From Paraspadella gotoi (taxonomy: Eukaryota > Animalia > Chaetognatha), in the NCBI GenBank assembly GCA_051294375.1, contig CM119270.1:260713-324712 (forward strand): DNA of 64,000 nucleotides, read 5' to 3'. The notes under the pieces were generated by a model that saw only the letters and a list, made by a program, of their open reading frames with translations, was not told where the DNA came from and ran no database searches. A program made the position numbers and the translations under genes. Shown one piece after another: positions 38,011-50,021 of the stretch (the stretch's first letter is position 1; every line of letters starts with the position of its first letter).

Positions 38011-41000
38011 AAGGAGCGAGAAAGAATATTGAATTAAATTCATTTCTCATATTTCTAGAAATACCGATAAAAAACATTTCTAATAAAAACGATACCAACC
38101 GACAACGAAAAAAATAACAAAAACACTTTGACACAAAATCGCTAAAACAACAGAAACGACAACAACAACAAACTCCACCACAACCATCTGCAATGACAAC
38201 GCCACCAACTGATACCCAAATCCTCTTCCCCCTCCCTACTTCTCACCCGGAATGGGTCCGAAATGATCCTTGGCCACGACTGTGCATTCCTTCGTTCTTC
38301 CTGCTGTCGCCATTCCTCTTCCCCAATCCCGGCTGCAGGACCGCGTCCGCGACGGAGCAGCGGCCTTTCTCTTCGACGCTGTTAGAGCTGCAGAGCCGCG
38401 GACGACGCTGGCTGCGTCGTTGCGGCAGGAAGGACAGAACCAATCAGAGTCGAGATCGTTGTCAGCGGCGGCGGTCGGTGATGGCTGATGTGAAAAAATG
38501 ATAATACAAATCATAGTAATATTTATGTATTTTTTAAACAAAGTTGAAAATTTAATGGAACACTCTTTTTTTTTAACTTTTCCCTGTAGATAAGGCGCTG
38601 AATGGGCTGAAAATACTTTTGTACCCACTCTGAGTGGGCTACTCAGTAGCAATAGAATGGCTGGTAGGCTTGTTTTCCAGGCCCCCAAAGTAGCTTACGG
38701 CCGTCCTCTAATCCTAAACATTATCCTTTAATCCTAAACATTATCCTCTAATCTCTAAACATTATCCTCTAATCTTTAAACATTATCCTCTAATCCTAAA
38801 CCTTATCCTCTAATCCTAAACCTTATGCTCTAATCCTAAACTTTATCCTATAATCCAAAACATTATCCTCTAATTCAAAACCTTATTCTCTAATCCTAAA
38901 CATTATCCTCTAATCCTAATCAATTTCCTCTAATCCTAAACATTATCTTCTAATCCTAAACCTTTTCCTTTAATCCCTAAACATCATCCTTTAATCCTCA
39001 ATTCGAATTCTTAACCTAACCCAATTTGATCTCATCTTTAAAATTAAAAAAATTAATTCAAAGCTGAATTGGGGCAGTTATGGAAAGTATGACCCTTAAG
39101 AGCATTACAGAAGATTTTAGAAACTCAAAAGATGGAATCAAATGGAACCGGATGGAATCAGATCATAGACTCGGAGAGAAATCACCGAAAATGGAATCGA
39201 GCTCTCTGATTGGTCAAGAGCCAGATAGAACCGGCCAATAGGCGGATGGGCTTTGTTCAACCTCGAAATTCTATTCACGTCTCTGATCCACTTGTATTGT
39301 ATAAATTGAATTGGTTTTTGTACTTGATCATTCTGTCCAAAAAATTGACACCGTCTTCATGTCTCTTTTCTCTAAATAATTTCCACTTTGGATTCATGTT
39401 GAAATCCCTATCTTCTTACTTAAATGTGGTGGCAGCGGTGGAATTCGAACCCACGCCTCCAAAGAGACTGAAATCCCAGTCTTCTAACTTAAATGTGGTG
39501 GCAGCGGTGGGATTCGAACCCACGCCTCCGAAGAGACTGAAATCCCTGTCTTTTTACTTAAATGTGGTGGCAGCGGTGGAATTCAAACCCACGCCTCCGA
39601 AGAGACTGAAATCCCTGTCTTTTTACTTAAATGTGGTGGCAGAAGTCAGATTCGAACCCACGACTCCAAAGAGACTGAAATCCCAGTCTTCTAACTTAAA
39701 TGTGGTGGCAGCGGTGGGATTCGAACCCACGCCTCCGGAGAGAATGATCCTTTTATAAAAGAGAAACGATTCCTTTAAAAACATTATCAAGCTCAATTGA
39801 AAGAAAAGCCAGATACTCTGAGACTGTGAGAGAATCTTGATTGCAGAGTCTTGCCATGTTATCTTGTATGAGGGACGTGGGCCATTCATAGCCTGACCAA
39901 ATGTATTAATTGAATATTGTTTGTATCAATTTCGTTGTCGTTTGTATAGAAATCGAAACGAAAAAACGAAAATTAGTCTGATAAATTAATTTAAGTCAAG
40001 ATGTTTTCTCATGATATATTTTTTATATATTAATTTCGAAGTGATATATTTATTATATATTAATTTCGAAGTGATATATTTTTATATATTAATTTCGAAG
40101 TGATATATTTTTTATATATTAATTTCGAAGTGATATATTCTGTTTCCGAAACCCATTGTCATAAAATTTCAGTCGGAAAATATATTATTCCGGTAATAAA
40201 AAAATTAGAAAATCGGTAATAACGAGATTCGATTTAATTTTCTTTTTTCGCCAAAATTTGAGACAAAAAAAATGGGAAAAACGAGATAAAATCGTTGGAA
40301 CCAAAATGTTTACGTTAAATCGAACACGAAATCAATTTCAAGTGTCTGAGTGATGTCTTTCTGTCTGTTCGTCCATCCGTCTGTCAGTCATTTACGTTTA
40401 GATCTGGATATGTTGCGCGTTGGTTTGAAAATAATCGGAATTTTAAATTAATTGAAATATGACTTAACGCAATAAAATTATATATTTTCAATCTCCCTGT
40501 CTTAATCTGAAAATACTTTTAAAAAAGAGTTATATAAATTGTAACAATGTCATACACCATTAGAACTGTAATATTTTGACTTAATTTCTGATTGGAATAA
40601 AATTGTTTACACAGAGAATAAACGATTGGGATAAGATAATTTTGCTTCATAAAATATTCCCAAAAAAATATTATTACACTTTTGAATTAAACCGCGGTTC
40701 CTGTATTTTTAAATTTTACAGATTGATTATCTTTTTTAAATTTTACAGATTGATTATCTTTTTTAAATTTTACAGATTGATTATCTTTTTTAAATTTTAC
40801 ATTACATCTCGATGTGGTGACGAAAATGTTTGGAAAAATAATGGTCCAGTTTACGTTTGTCTCGGTCGCAACTTGCGCCACGTATGCGAACCGAGGTTAG
40901 CGAGAATCGATAAAACATATTTGACTGATTGGTAGATTTATTGGTAGATTGATTGGTAGAATGATTGGTTTATTTTATTAATGATTTTTTTATTCATTCA

Positions 41001-42160
41001 TCTGTTTCATCGATTAAAGGCGTTTTTGTAATCTAATAATATAATAATATAATATAATAATAATAATAATATAATAATAATAATAATCTAATCTAATTCA
41101 TTTAATCAAGTTGATTGTTCGATTGTTAACAACATTACTTAATAAAATTTATTTTTATCCGGGATCAGGGAGACTGCACTCAACTTCCTTTCTTAATCTC
41201 AAAGAAAAAGATCACGAAATAACATTTGTCAATTCGAGAATTAGTTGTGCCAATTATTGCGATAAAATTGAATGTCCTGGCTTCCTTATGGACATTAGTT
41301 TTCCTTATAGGGTAAGAAATAAAATGTAAATTGTTTCTTTTATTAATCAGATTATAAATACACTTTTATCATTCCTAAAATTTTCCTACTATTTTATTAT
41401 AACGCTTTTATTTCTTTTTTATACTTTTTTCAATAAATTAAAGAAAAAATATTATTAATTTATTATTATGATAAATTAATACAGCCTATAAAAATTACAA
41501 TATTTTCTTTTAATCAGGGTTCGCATCGCTATTCAAAATTTTTAAAGTCTGCGGCTTTTGGCTCAGAAAAAATTCGCTGTGTGATTTTGAAAAATCAAAC
41601 AATTGTTGATGAAATTTTGAAATCAATCGAAAAAACCGGACGTCATTTAATCTTTACTCCAGGTTATAGTTTAAAACTTAAAATATGCAATATTGGAGTT
41701 TCGAACACTTAACCTAGCATCCACGAGCTAATGCCCAGCCGATGTCGCCACTTTGGCATTCAGTTTTCCTACATTTAGAAACTTATATATTAATTTATAT
41801 AACTGTCACTTCTTGATCTTTTGTTATTACCAATGAAGGTATAATTTTAATTGGTTGTTACCAATTTCATATCACATCTATGATTACAAAAAGTAGTATT
41901 CAATTTGTTACGAATTCAAACTTATGCTATCATTTTCTTCTTTTAATTATCCATCCATGTATTTATCCCTCCATCCATCCATATATCCTTCAATCCATCT
42001 AACTGTCCCTAAAAATATCCATCAATCAATCTATCTGTACATCTAACAATCCATCCATCAATACAGCGGCTTGTGGATTCAAATTTTTCTCTGAATCAAT
42101 GATGAGCGCTTTTCCATTGAACAAATTTGGATCAGAAAAAATCGTAAAGGAAGGTGGGCG

Positions 42161-42223
<63 letters not shown>

Positions 42224-42284
42224 GTAAAGAGAGCTAAAAAGAGAGAGAGGTGTAAGAGAGAGAGAGAGAGAGGTGTAAAGAAAA

Positions 42285-42354
<70 letters not shown>

Positions 42355-45300
42355 CAGATAGAGAGAAAGATAGTGAAGTAATTTTCAATCGTCTTTTCGT
42401 TTTTTCAGATTTGTTCAAAAATCCCCAAATGTTCTTCTCCGGTCGAGACTTTCCCTCTGACAGTCCCATGGACCATCCTTTCGGCAGTCCCCATGGCAGT
42501 CCCCAAGGCAGTCCCCATGGCAGACCCTACGGCAGACTCCATGTCAGACCCCAAGGCATTCTCAAAGGCAAAGGCAAGCCCATCGACGTGACTTCTCTCC
42601 TGGAATCAATATCTTCACAAGGAATAATTGAATTCACCATCGATGCGAAAATTACCTTCGAGGAAAAAGGAATGAATGGTGAGAGAGAGATATCTCAACG
42701 TTGTGAGTTGCTCACGATGTCACTTTATGAGTCACTTTTTGGTCGGTCCGTCGGTCCATCAGTCAGGCCCTTATGTTTTAATAATTTAAATAGTTTAAAA
42801 CTCGGGTAATACCACATTATTTAATAGATTGTAGTTAAATAATGTAACCAGTGCAAGTTTAATAGTATTTGCTCCGTCACCTGATTCTCTGATAAAAAGG
42901 TTATATAATGGAAAATATAATGTGGCATAATTCATATGAATACTGAATATTTTAGGATAACACTTAAAATAAATATTGGGAATCAATAAACACCATAAAA
43001 ATATTTACTACATGGTAACATGATTAAAGATTAATACAGCTGTTTTGTATAACATTTGATTATTATAATCAATATGTTTTATAATTGTAGAGTCAAGTAA
43101 TTGTGTTCAAATGCATCTTCCAAAGAAAATCACTGTAGCGCTACATTCTTTTTTTTTATCACAAGCGTGAGGTCTTTCGTCAAAATCGCCAAATAATTCA
43201 TGAGCTTAATTACCAGGTCTGGGATTTATGCTGAATATTTCTCCGGCATTGCAAATCGGCTTTGAAATAAAAAGTCAACAAATACGAATCTATGTAAAAA
43301 AACTACATGAAATAACCATTAATGATTGTTTATTACCTGGGCGACTTAATAGCAAATCTGAACTTGGACTTACTCTGGCTTGGAAAAGGGGTTTATGCAA
43401 CGTCTTCATTGATGGAAATAAAATGGGACCCAATTTACAATCTGGCAAAGGTATGTGGATAGGGCGCTAAGTGGGCTGAAGACTCCTATCCGTAACTTCT
43501 GTGCCACCTCAGCAGCCATGAAACGGGACCTGGGCTTGGAACCAGGCTTGAGAGTTATCCAGGACCCCAAAGCTTCCCCAACGCTTCCCGCAGGGTAGAT
43601 ACCGGGTTGGGATTGAACTCGGTACCAGGTGGTCATGAGCTGAGGGCTTTACTCAATGAGCCACTGGGTCGTAAATGGTCTGCTAGGTCTTAAGAGTCTG
43701 CTTAAAAGTCTTAGGAGTCTTCTTAAAGGTCGGCGTTATATTCCCAGAATTCCCAATTCCATGTTAAATTCAGAATTAGATTAGGGATTAAGTTAGTGAT
43801 TAGGGTTAACGATTAGGTTAGGCATTATGGTTAAGGATTAGGGTAGCGATTAGGTTAGTGATGACTATCCATAACTTCTATAAACCCCTCTAGCAGCCAT
43901 AGAACGGGTCCTGGGCTTGGAACCAGGCTTGAGGGTTATCCAGGACCCCAAAGCTTCCCCAAGCTTCCCGCAGGGTAGGTACCGGGTTGGGATTGAACCC
44001 GGTAACTGGTGGTCATGAGCTGATGGCTTTACTCAATGAGCCAATGAGCCACAACTGAAAGTGTCATGCTTATAGGCGGGGTGAACCTAGGCAATGCCCG
44101 ACTACAGTGATTAGGATTAAGTATTAGGTTAGTGATTCGGGTTAGGAATTAGTTTAGAGATAATGGTTAGGGATTACGTTAGGGATTAGTATTAGAGACC
44201 AGGGCTTAAGGTTAGACGTTAGTTAACATCGCCCTATCTATAATTACCAATAACAATGATTAATAATTACTTTTAATTATTATTATTAATTAGTATTCAT
44301 TATCTTTATTACCAGTACCAATGATAATGTTTTTTTTTCTTTTAAGGCGAAATTATTCTTCATTCACCATCTCACAACCAAAGTATTTTCATCGGAAGCA
44401 AACCAAATTCACGCATCACATTGAAGAGCCTTCGCGTCTGGAACAAAGCTCTCACGGACGAAGAAGTGAAGGGAGAGAAGACGATTCACAGAAATCACGT
44501 GGTGCTCGATTCACCCGCGACTTATCACTACGACATTCAGGGAGGAATGGAGCAAATTAATTGTCATTCGTGAGGGAAAAAATAATTAAATATCAAAAAA
44601 TCTCTAATGATTAATTTCATAGAGAAGAAAATAATAATCTTTGAATTTGATTACAGATCTATGGATTCAAACTAATACTAAATATTAATCCTTTAAAATG
44701 AATAAAATTTAAAAAAAATAATACTAAAAGGCAACAACGATTTTTTTTTTGTTACACTTGTCAAAAAACACTTATGGAGAACATTTTCAAAAATGTAATA
44801 CTGTCGCACGCTTTTTTACATATTTGTACTACTTATTTAATATTTATACTAATTTTCTAATCACAAGTTTTGTTGTATTGTAGTGGCCACACTGAAAAAA
44901 ATATTGAGAATTGACATCAATGGGGCGCGAACCAATTGTTCCTTCGTGAGAAGAGAGAATGCTCCAATTTAAACCACAGTATAATAAATACTCGTCACTT
45001 CTACAGCTACGTTTCTCAAATCACTAATTAAATAAATTTTTATATTGGTTGTACCAATTTCTTAAATTAAAAAATATTATAACCATAAACTCCGGCTCTT
45101 CACCTTCAAAGCCGACCCCTTTTTACCACCTTTTAAAACCACCCAATCCACTTTCGACCCCCACCCAACATTCGACAGAACACCTTTCTAAACCATCTTT
45201 CGTCTCTAAATTACTTTCGACCAGTGTTAGATCCAAAGACTCGCGAATCGTGATATCTGAGTTCGAACTTTACTTCGTCACAAGGATTTATCGTTTGGAT

Positions 45301-46373
45301 CATTTCGTCATTCGTGCTTTGGTTTATTCATTGGTTTTTGAGTTTATACTGATTTTTGTCATTCTTTTGAGTGTTTAAATAATAATTTTGATAATTATTC
45401 TTTATTGTACTGTTTGGAATATCTATATGCTTTGATTATTTTATTAAGGTACCCTTTTTAAAGAAATAAAGAGACTTTTTGATCGTCGATCCGCTCAAGC
45501 AACCAAATCATGCCTTTGAAGAATCACTGGACTACCGAAGCATCTCGCCGGGGTTGAGGAGTTTCCTCAAATATTCTTCGAATATTCTCGGGGGCGTTTT
45601 AGGAGGAGGACGGACCGGCGGGTCCTAACACCAGCGGGACGGGTCCTGGACTTGGAACCAGGTTTGATAGTTTTCTTCGCCCCCAAAGCGATTTACGAAC
45701 ATCTACACGCTTTCTCCAGGAGTAGGTACCATTGGGGATGGATCGATCGATCCCGGTACCTGATGGTCATGAGCTGATGATATTACTAAATGAGCCACAG
45801 GGTCACGACTGAAGGTTGCATACTTATAGACAGGGTGAACATTAGCGCGGAGTATAAATACAAAACATGAAAAATCTAACTTCGAGCCCTCTTGATTTTT
45901 TGACTTGGATATAAACTTATTACCTAGGGTATAAAAAACTAAAATTCCATCGCCCAGTTTTCCCGTCCTAGCCAGTTTATAATAGGACCGAAAGTCAAAA
46001 AATGCAAAAAAATTAACAATATATGAAATTAAAGATGTCAGTTTTAATTAATATTTTTTCATATATTATTGCTAAAATTAAAGTAATATTGACAGATTTT
46101 ATGATTTAAAACATAAAATATTGATATTATAAATTTTTTAAATTCTATAAATTATGAATTATTCTATCCAGAAACCGCAAAATTGAGCAAAATGGGAAAA
46201 ATTGGCGCCCCTAANNNNNNNNNNATAATCCGCGCTAGTGAACATATTGCGATGCAGAAGAGACAACAATTAATTATAAATCTCTCTCTCTCTCTCTCTC
46301 TGCCCCTTACCCCCGGGCACATCCTTTTCTCCAAACAGCTAAAGTGAAACGCATCGTTTCATTCGTCTCCATG

Positions 46374-46412
<39 letters not shown>

Positions 46413-49400
46413 TCCTTACCCCAGGCCGCATCCTTTCCTCCAAACATCTCAAGTGAAACGCATCGTTGCATTCGTCGCACAAAATCTGCTCCTCCTCTTC
46501 CTCCTTTCCTCCGCAGCGTCGGCAGCCGCATTCCCTGCAGCTTCGATCCGCGTCGTCGCCGCAGTAGCCGCATTGAGGCTTCGTGCGGCGGAGACGCGGC
46601 TGAGCGGCGGCGGCGCGGCGACGGCTGCCTGATGCGTCGGCGGAGATTTTGAAAACGTCGTTAGAGATGAAGTCGACGACGCGTTCGTGAAGAGGGGAGA
46701 GAGAGGCGCCGGCGAAGAGAGAGACAATTAACTGGCGACGCCGGTTGTGGAAAAGGACGCCGGTAACGACGCCGTCGTACCAGTAGCCTGGGGGGGAGAG
46801 TGGCAGAGAGGGAGAGTGGGAAGGGTGGAGAGAGAGAGAGAGAGGGATAGAGAGGGAGAGAGAGAGAGAGAGAGGGGGAAGGGAGATTGAAGGAGTTATT
46901 TTAAATTTAATTAATGTTGACATCTCGTAAGGGTAACGTTACATCGTCACTCACTACTATCGGTCATAAATCTTAAAAAATAATTCCGAACAGTAAACTC
47001 ACTAACCTTTACTTTCAAAAGTTGCTTTTACATATTTAGTCCATTTTGAAAGAAAAAATTGAAACCAACCAAATCGCTGAACTTTCCCTCAACCCCCACC
47101 GCCTCTTAAGTCTTAACCACACTCACCCAGCTGCCCTGGTGCCTCCAAATTGTGGTTGACCATCACCGTCTCGCCCAAAACAATATCCTCCACTTTTTTC
47201 ACTCTCTCTCCTTCTCCAACGCGCGGACGAAGCGACGTCGAACTCAATTCGTCTTTAGCGAATTTTCCTTCGTAGCGAATGAGGTAACGAAATCCGTCGA
47301 GGGGATATTTCGGGGGCTGGAAGAGGTCGTGGAGACAAAGACGGGGCGTGGAAGAGGGGGAGAGGGGATGGATGGAGTTGGTGGTAAATGATTGGATTGG
47401 ATGGAGGTCAGAAGAGTTTGTTGGAAGAGTGTGAGAGAGATCCTTGGGATTGATGTTGTTATTGTTTTCTTTTTTGATGTTGTTATTGTTTTCTTTTTTG
47501 TTGTTTCCATTGCAATTGTGATCAACGAAAGACTCCATCTTGTTTTTGGCAGAATCTGCGATGGAACCGACCCATGAACTTTGACCAAAATCTTCGGAAC
47601 AGCGACCAATCAGTGAATCCGTTTTCATAGACGAACGAAGCAGAATGTCGTCTGATTGGTGGCTCGAACTCACGATTTGATTGATTGATTGATTGCTCGT
47701 CGCGTCGTCAAAGTTATCCTGAGTTTCGTCGACGGAGTTATTGGCCGAATCTCTGCAAAGAGGAAGAGGCGACGACCGTGGAGTTTTAAAATCGTCGTCG
47801 TCTTCGTTGTCGTCGTCCTCCTCTTTTTCTTCCTCCTCTTCCTCTTCCTCATGCCGTGGCGTCGACGCCGGCGTCCGATACTGTAAAGGGGTATCAACGC
47901 CTTCCGGAGTATCGTCCGTGATCATCGGATGCTGCGAAGAACCTCCGATGCTGTCGGGAGCTAAAGAATGCTGTAGAGAAGTATCGATGCCGCTTGGATG
48001 CTGTATTGAGGTATCCCTGACGATCTCTTCCACAACCGCCTCCCACCAACCGCCGGTCACGGGGTCACGTGCGTCCACCAAATCGCCCACCTTGAAGAGT
48101 GGTTGCGCAAGGTGGTTGGAAGAGGTGGTTGACTTAAAGTTGAAGGTGGTCAATTTATCTTTTACTTTGGGTGATCGATTGTCATATAACGAATTTGATA
48201 GAAGAGTGGATTGATTACCAGGGTATTGATTGTCCGTGCTTTCCTTCTGATTGTCAGTGTAGAGGAAATGATTGTCTGTGCTTTCCTTCTTTTCGTCAGT
48301 TATCGACGAATGCTTGGTAGTTGTAGCGAAATGGTTTTTGTTTTTTTCTGGTTGAGTTACGAGATCTGAGGAATGATTGTCTTCTTTGTCTGATTGCTTG
48401 GTCTTGTCGAAGTTGGTCGATTGCTTGTCAAGACTATTGAGACCGAGTGGTCCGAGTTCTTCGGTGCTTGGTCGACTGCTTGTTCTACGCGATGCTTGCT
48501 CCTCCGATTGCGTCGGGGATTCTGAAACCGAAATTCCAGAGTCGAAATCTTCGTCGTGGATCGAATTTAATTTTCGTCTTTTCGTCGCGAATTCGTCGTA
48601 GATTTCGTCGTCCGAACTTCGCCGCGACTTCGACTTTTCGCCGTAGATTTCGCCGTCGATCTTCGTCGTATTTTCTTCGGATTTTCGTCGTATTTTCTTC
48701 GCGATTTCGTCCAATAATTCGTCTCTTTCGACGACGACGTGGCAGGGCTGAGATTTTTAAAAAAGGGACAAACTATTGAAAATATTTAAAATTAAAATAA
48801 AAATATTAATTTTTTAAAGTCTATTAGCATTACAAATTGACCTGATTAATACAAAATTAAAAAAAGAAAAACACATTTTTTTTCGTTCATAATGTACAAT
48901 CACGAAAATCAGGATTATAACTAAGACGTCGTTTATTAAAATAAAGTCAGTTTGTAAAACGTTTAATTTATTTAATAACTCTATCTAATTTATGATTAGC
49001 TAACAAATCTTTTATCCCTTTTACCTTGGTTTGAATTCTCGGTTGATTTGATTCTCCCCCTTCGACGAAAACCTGAGATCGACAAAAGAAATAATTAATT
49101 AATATAAATAGTATCAATCAAAAGTGCAATGACTAATATTCAAAAATGAGTATGTACGTAAATTCCATAAATAACACAATAGAAAATTATTCACGATTAA
49201 TCTTCTTCTATTGTGAAAAATAAAAATAAAATTAAAACATAAACAACAACAACAACACATGAAGAAAAAACGCAAACTAATACAAAAACAACATATACAA
49301 ATATACAAATAAACAATAACTACATCATAAACCAGAACGACAATTAAAACAAAAACAATGTAAACAACAAATATTCTAACCACATACAAACAACAACATA

Positions 49401-49921
49401 AAAATCACAAACAACAACATCAATAACGTAAACAACATCTATTGATATACACTTCATCAACAATGTAAACAACAACATAGCAAAAACAACCACATAAACA
49501 ACGTGATTAAATGAGACTGTGAGAGAGTATTGATTGAAAGCTTGCAGGGATCTGCTATGTCAGTATTTTTTAAGAGTGATGGAGGCCTTAAACCACCAAA
49601 GTCTCTCCAAAGTCAGGGGCAAGATAGCTTATTTATTAATAATGGATAATTTTTATTTTGTTCTACCAATTCCATAAACATAAGCAACAACAACAACAAC
49701 AACGTCCCAACCTGTACGACGCTATTGATTCCCACATCGAAATGAAACAGCGCCATCTCGTCCACGAGTCTTTCCCGCGAAAGAAGAGACGTTGACGCTC
49801 TGACCACGCCCAGGCCACGCCCCCTCGACGCGCGACTTGAGCGACGCCACGGACGTACGGCGGAGACGCCGTCGATACGGACAGTGAGGCGTCCGTCCAT
49901 CGTGCGTACGCGAAGCCACAT
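35817..49921 (-). CDS. UHRF1: E3 ubiquitin ligase UHRF1 (UBL-TTD-PHD-SRA-RING), 9 exons
   Basis: Exons 49712-49921, 49025-49072, 47127-48747, 46420-46787, 38247-38484, 37570-37777, 37206-37394, 36851-37037, 35817-36188; all GT-AG and phase-compatible. Motifs: [116 protein letters not shown]. Exon 1 has internal frameshifts. Confidence 0.96.
36295..36415 (+). mobile_element. Family D short interspersed repeat (copies 49505-49625 -, 39800-39905 -, fragment ~55737-55770 +)
   Basis: Shared GCCCCTGA(C/T)TT(T/G)GG...CTTTGGTGGTTTAAGGCCTCCATCACTCT...CAATCAA(G/T)ACTCTCTCACAGTCTCA. Confidence 0.7.
38588..38712 (-). mobile_element. Family A fragment retaining the GA-GGAC-GGCCG-TAA core
   Basis: Minus strand reads GAGGACGGCCGTAAGCTACTTTGGGGGCCTGGAAAAC...TTCAGCCCATTCAGCGCCTTATC. 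Confidence 0.65.
38705..39000. repeat. 20-bp minisatellite (TAATCCTAAACATTATCCTC)n
   Basis: About 14 copies, read directly. Confidence 0.95.
39400..39745 (-). repeat. 5 x 69-bp tandem array of tRNA-Leu 3' halves ending in CCA
   Basis: The minus-strand unit contains CAGTCTCTTCGGAGGCGTGGGTTCGAATCCCACCGCTGCCA+CCA, i.e. the variable arm, T arm and acceptor 3' strand of eukaryotic tRNA-Leu (NAG). No 5' half is present. Confidence 0.85.
41169..44573 (+). CDS. Nested antisense gene in UHRF1 intron 4 with a C-terminal LamG/pentraxin (ConA-like) domain; 5' end unresolved
   Basis: Phase-compatible GT-AG exons 41169-41311, 41518-41662, 42067-42153, 42409-42678, 43217-43450, 44347-44573 (TGA); AATAAA at 44701. 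C-terminal [34 protein letters not shown] is typical of LamG/pentraxin folds. Confidence 0.75.
43458..44106 (-). mobile_element. Family A head-to-tail dimer (copies 43458-43675 and 43865-44106)
   Basis: GGGCTTGGAACCAGG recurs 381 bp apart. tRNA-like A box TGGCTCATTGAG and B box GGTTCAATCCC, then P5 GCGGG/CCCGT, P3, P4 CCTGG-TTCCAAGC-CCAGG. The TAA core is deleted. Confidence 0.85.
45625..45845 (-). mobile_element. Family A repeat
   Basis: Minus strand reads ...AAGCGTGTAGATGTTCGTAAATCGCTTTGGGGG...CCTGGTTCCAAGTCCAGGACCCGT. Confidence 0.8.
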
Positions 49922-50021
49922 CGTTGGTTGTTGCGTTGAAAGGCGGTGCTCGTTAAGTGGATTCCTTTTGATGGATGGATGGATGGATGGATGGATAGAT
50001 AGAAGAAACAGATAGATAGAT

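Noticed and set aside
39425-39745. Functional tRNA-Leu genes
   Set aside because: Only 3' halves are present, with no D arm or anticodon loop.
39210-39758. 182-aa repetitive ORF, and a CRISPR-like appearance of the array
   Set aside because: The 69-bp unit is a multiple of 3 and derives from tRNA. The spacers are near-identical, there are no cas genes, and the context is eukaryotic.
43775-44225. TTAGGG-like tracts as interstitial telomere
   Set aside because: They are highly degenerate ~12-bp periodic repeats associated with the family A dimer, not clean telomeric arrays.
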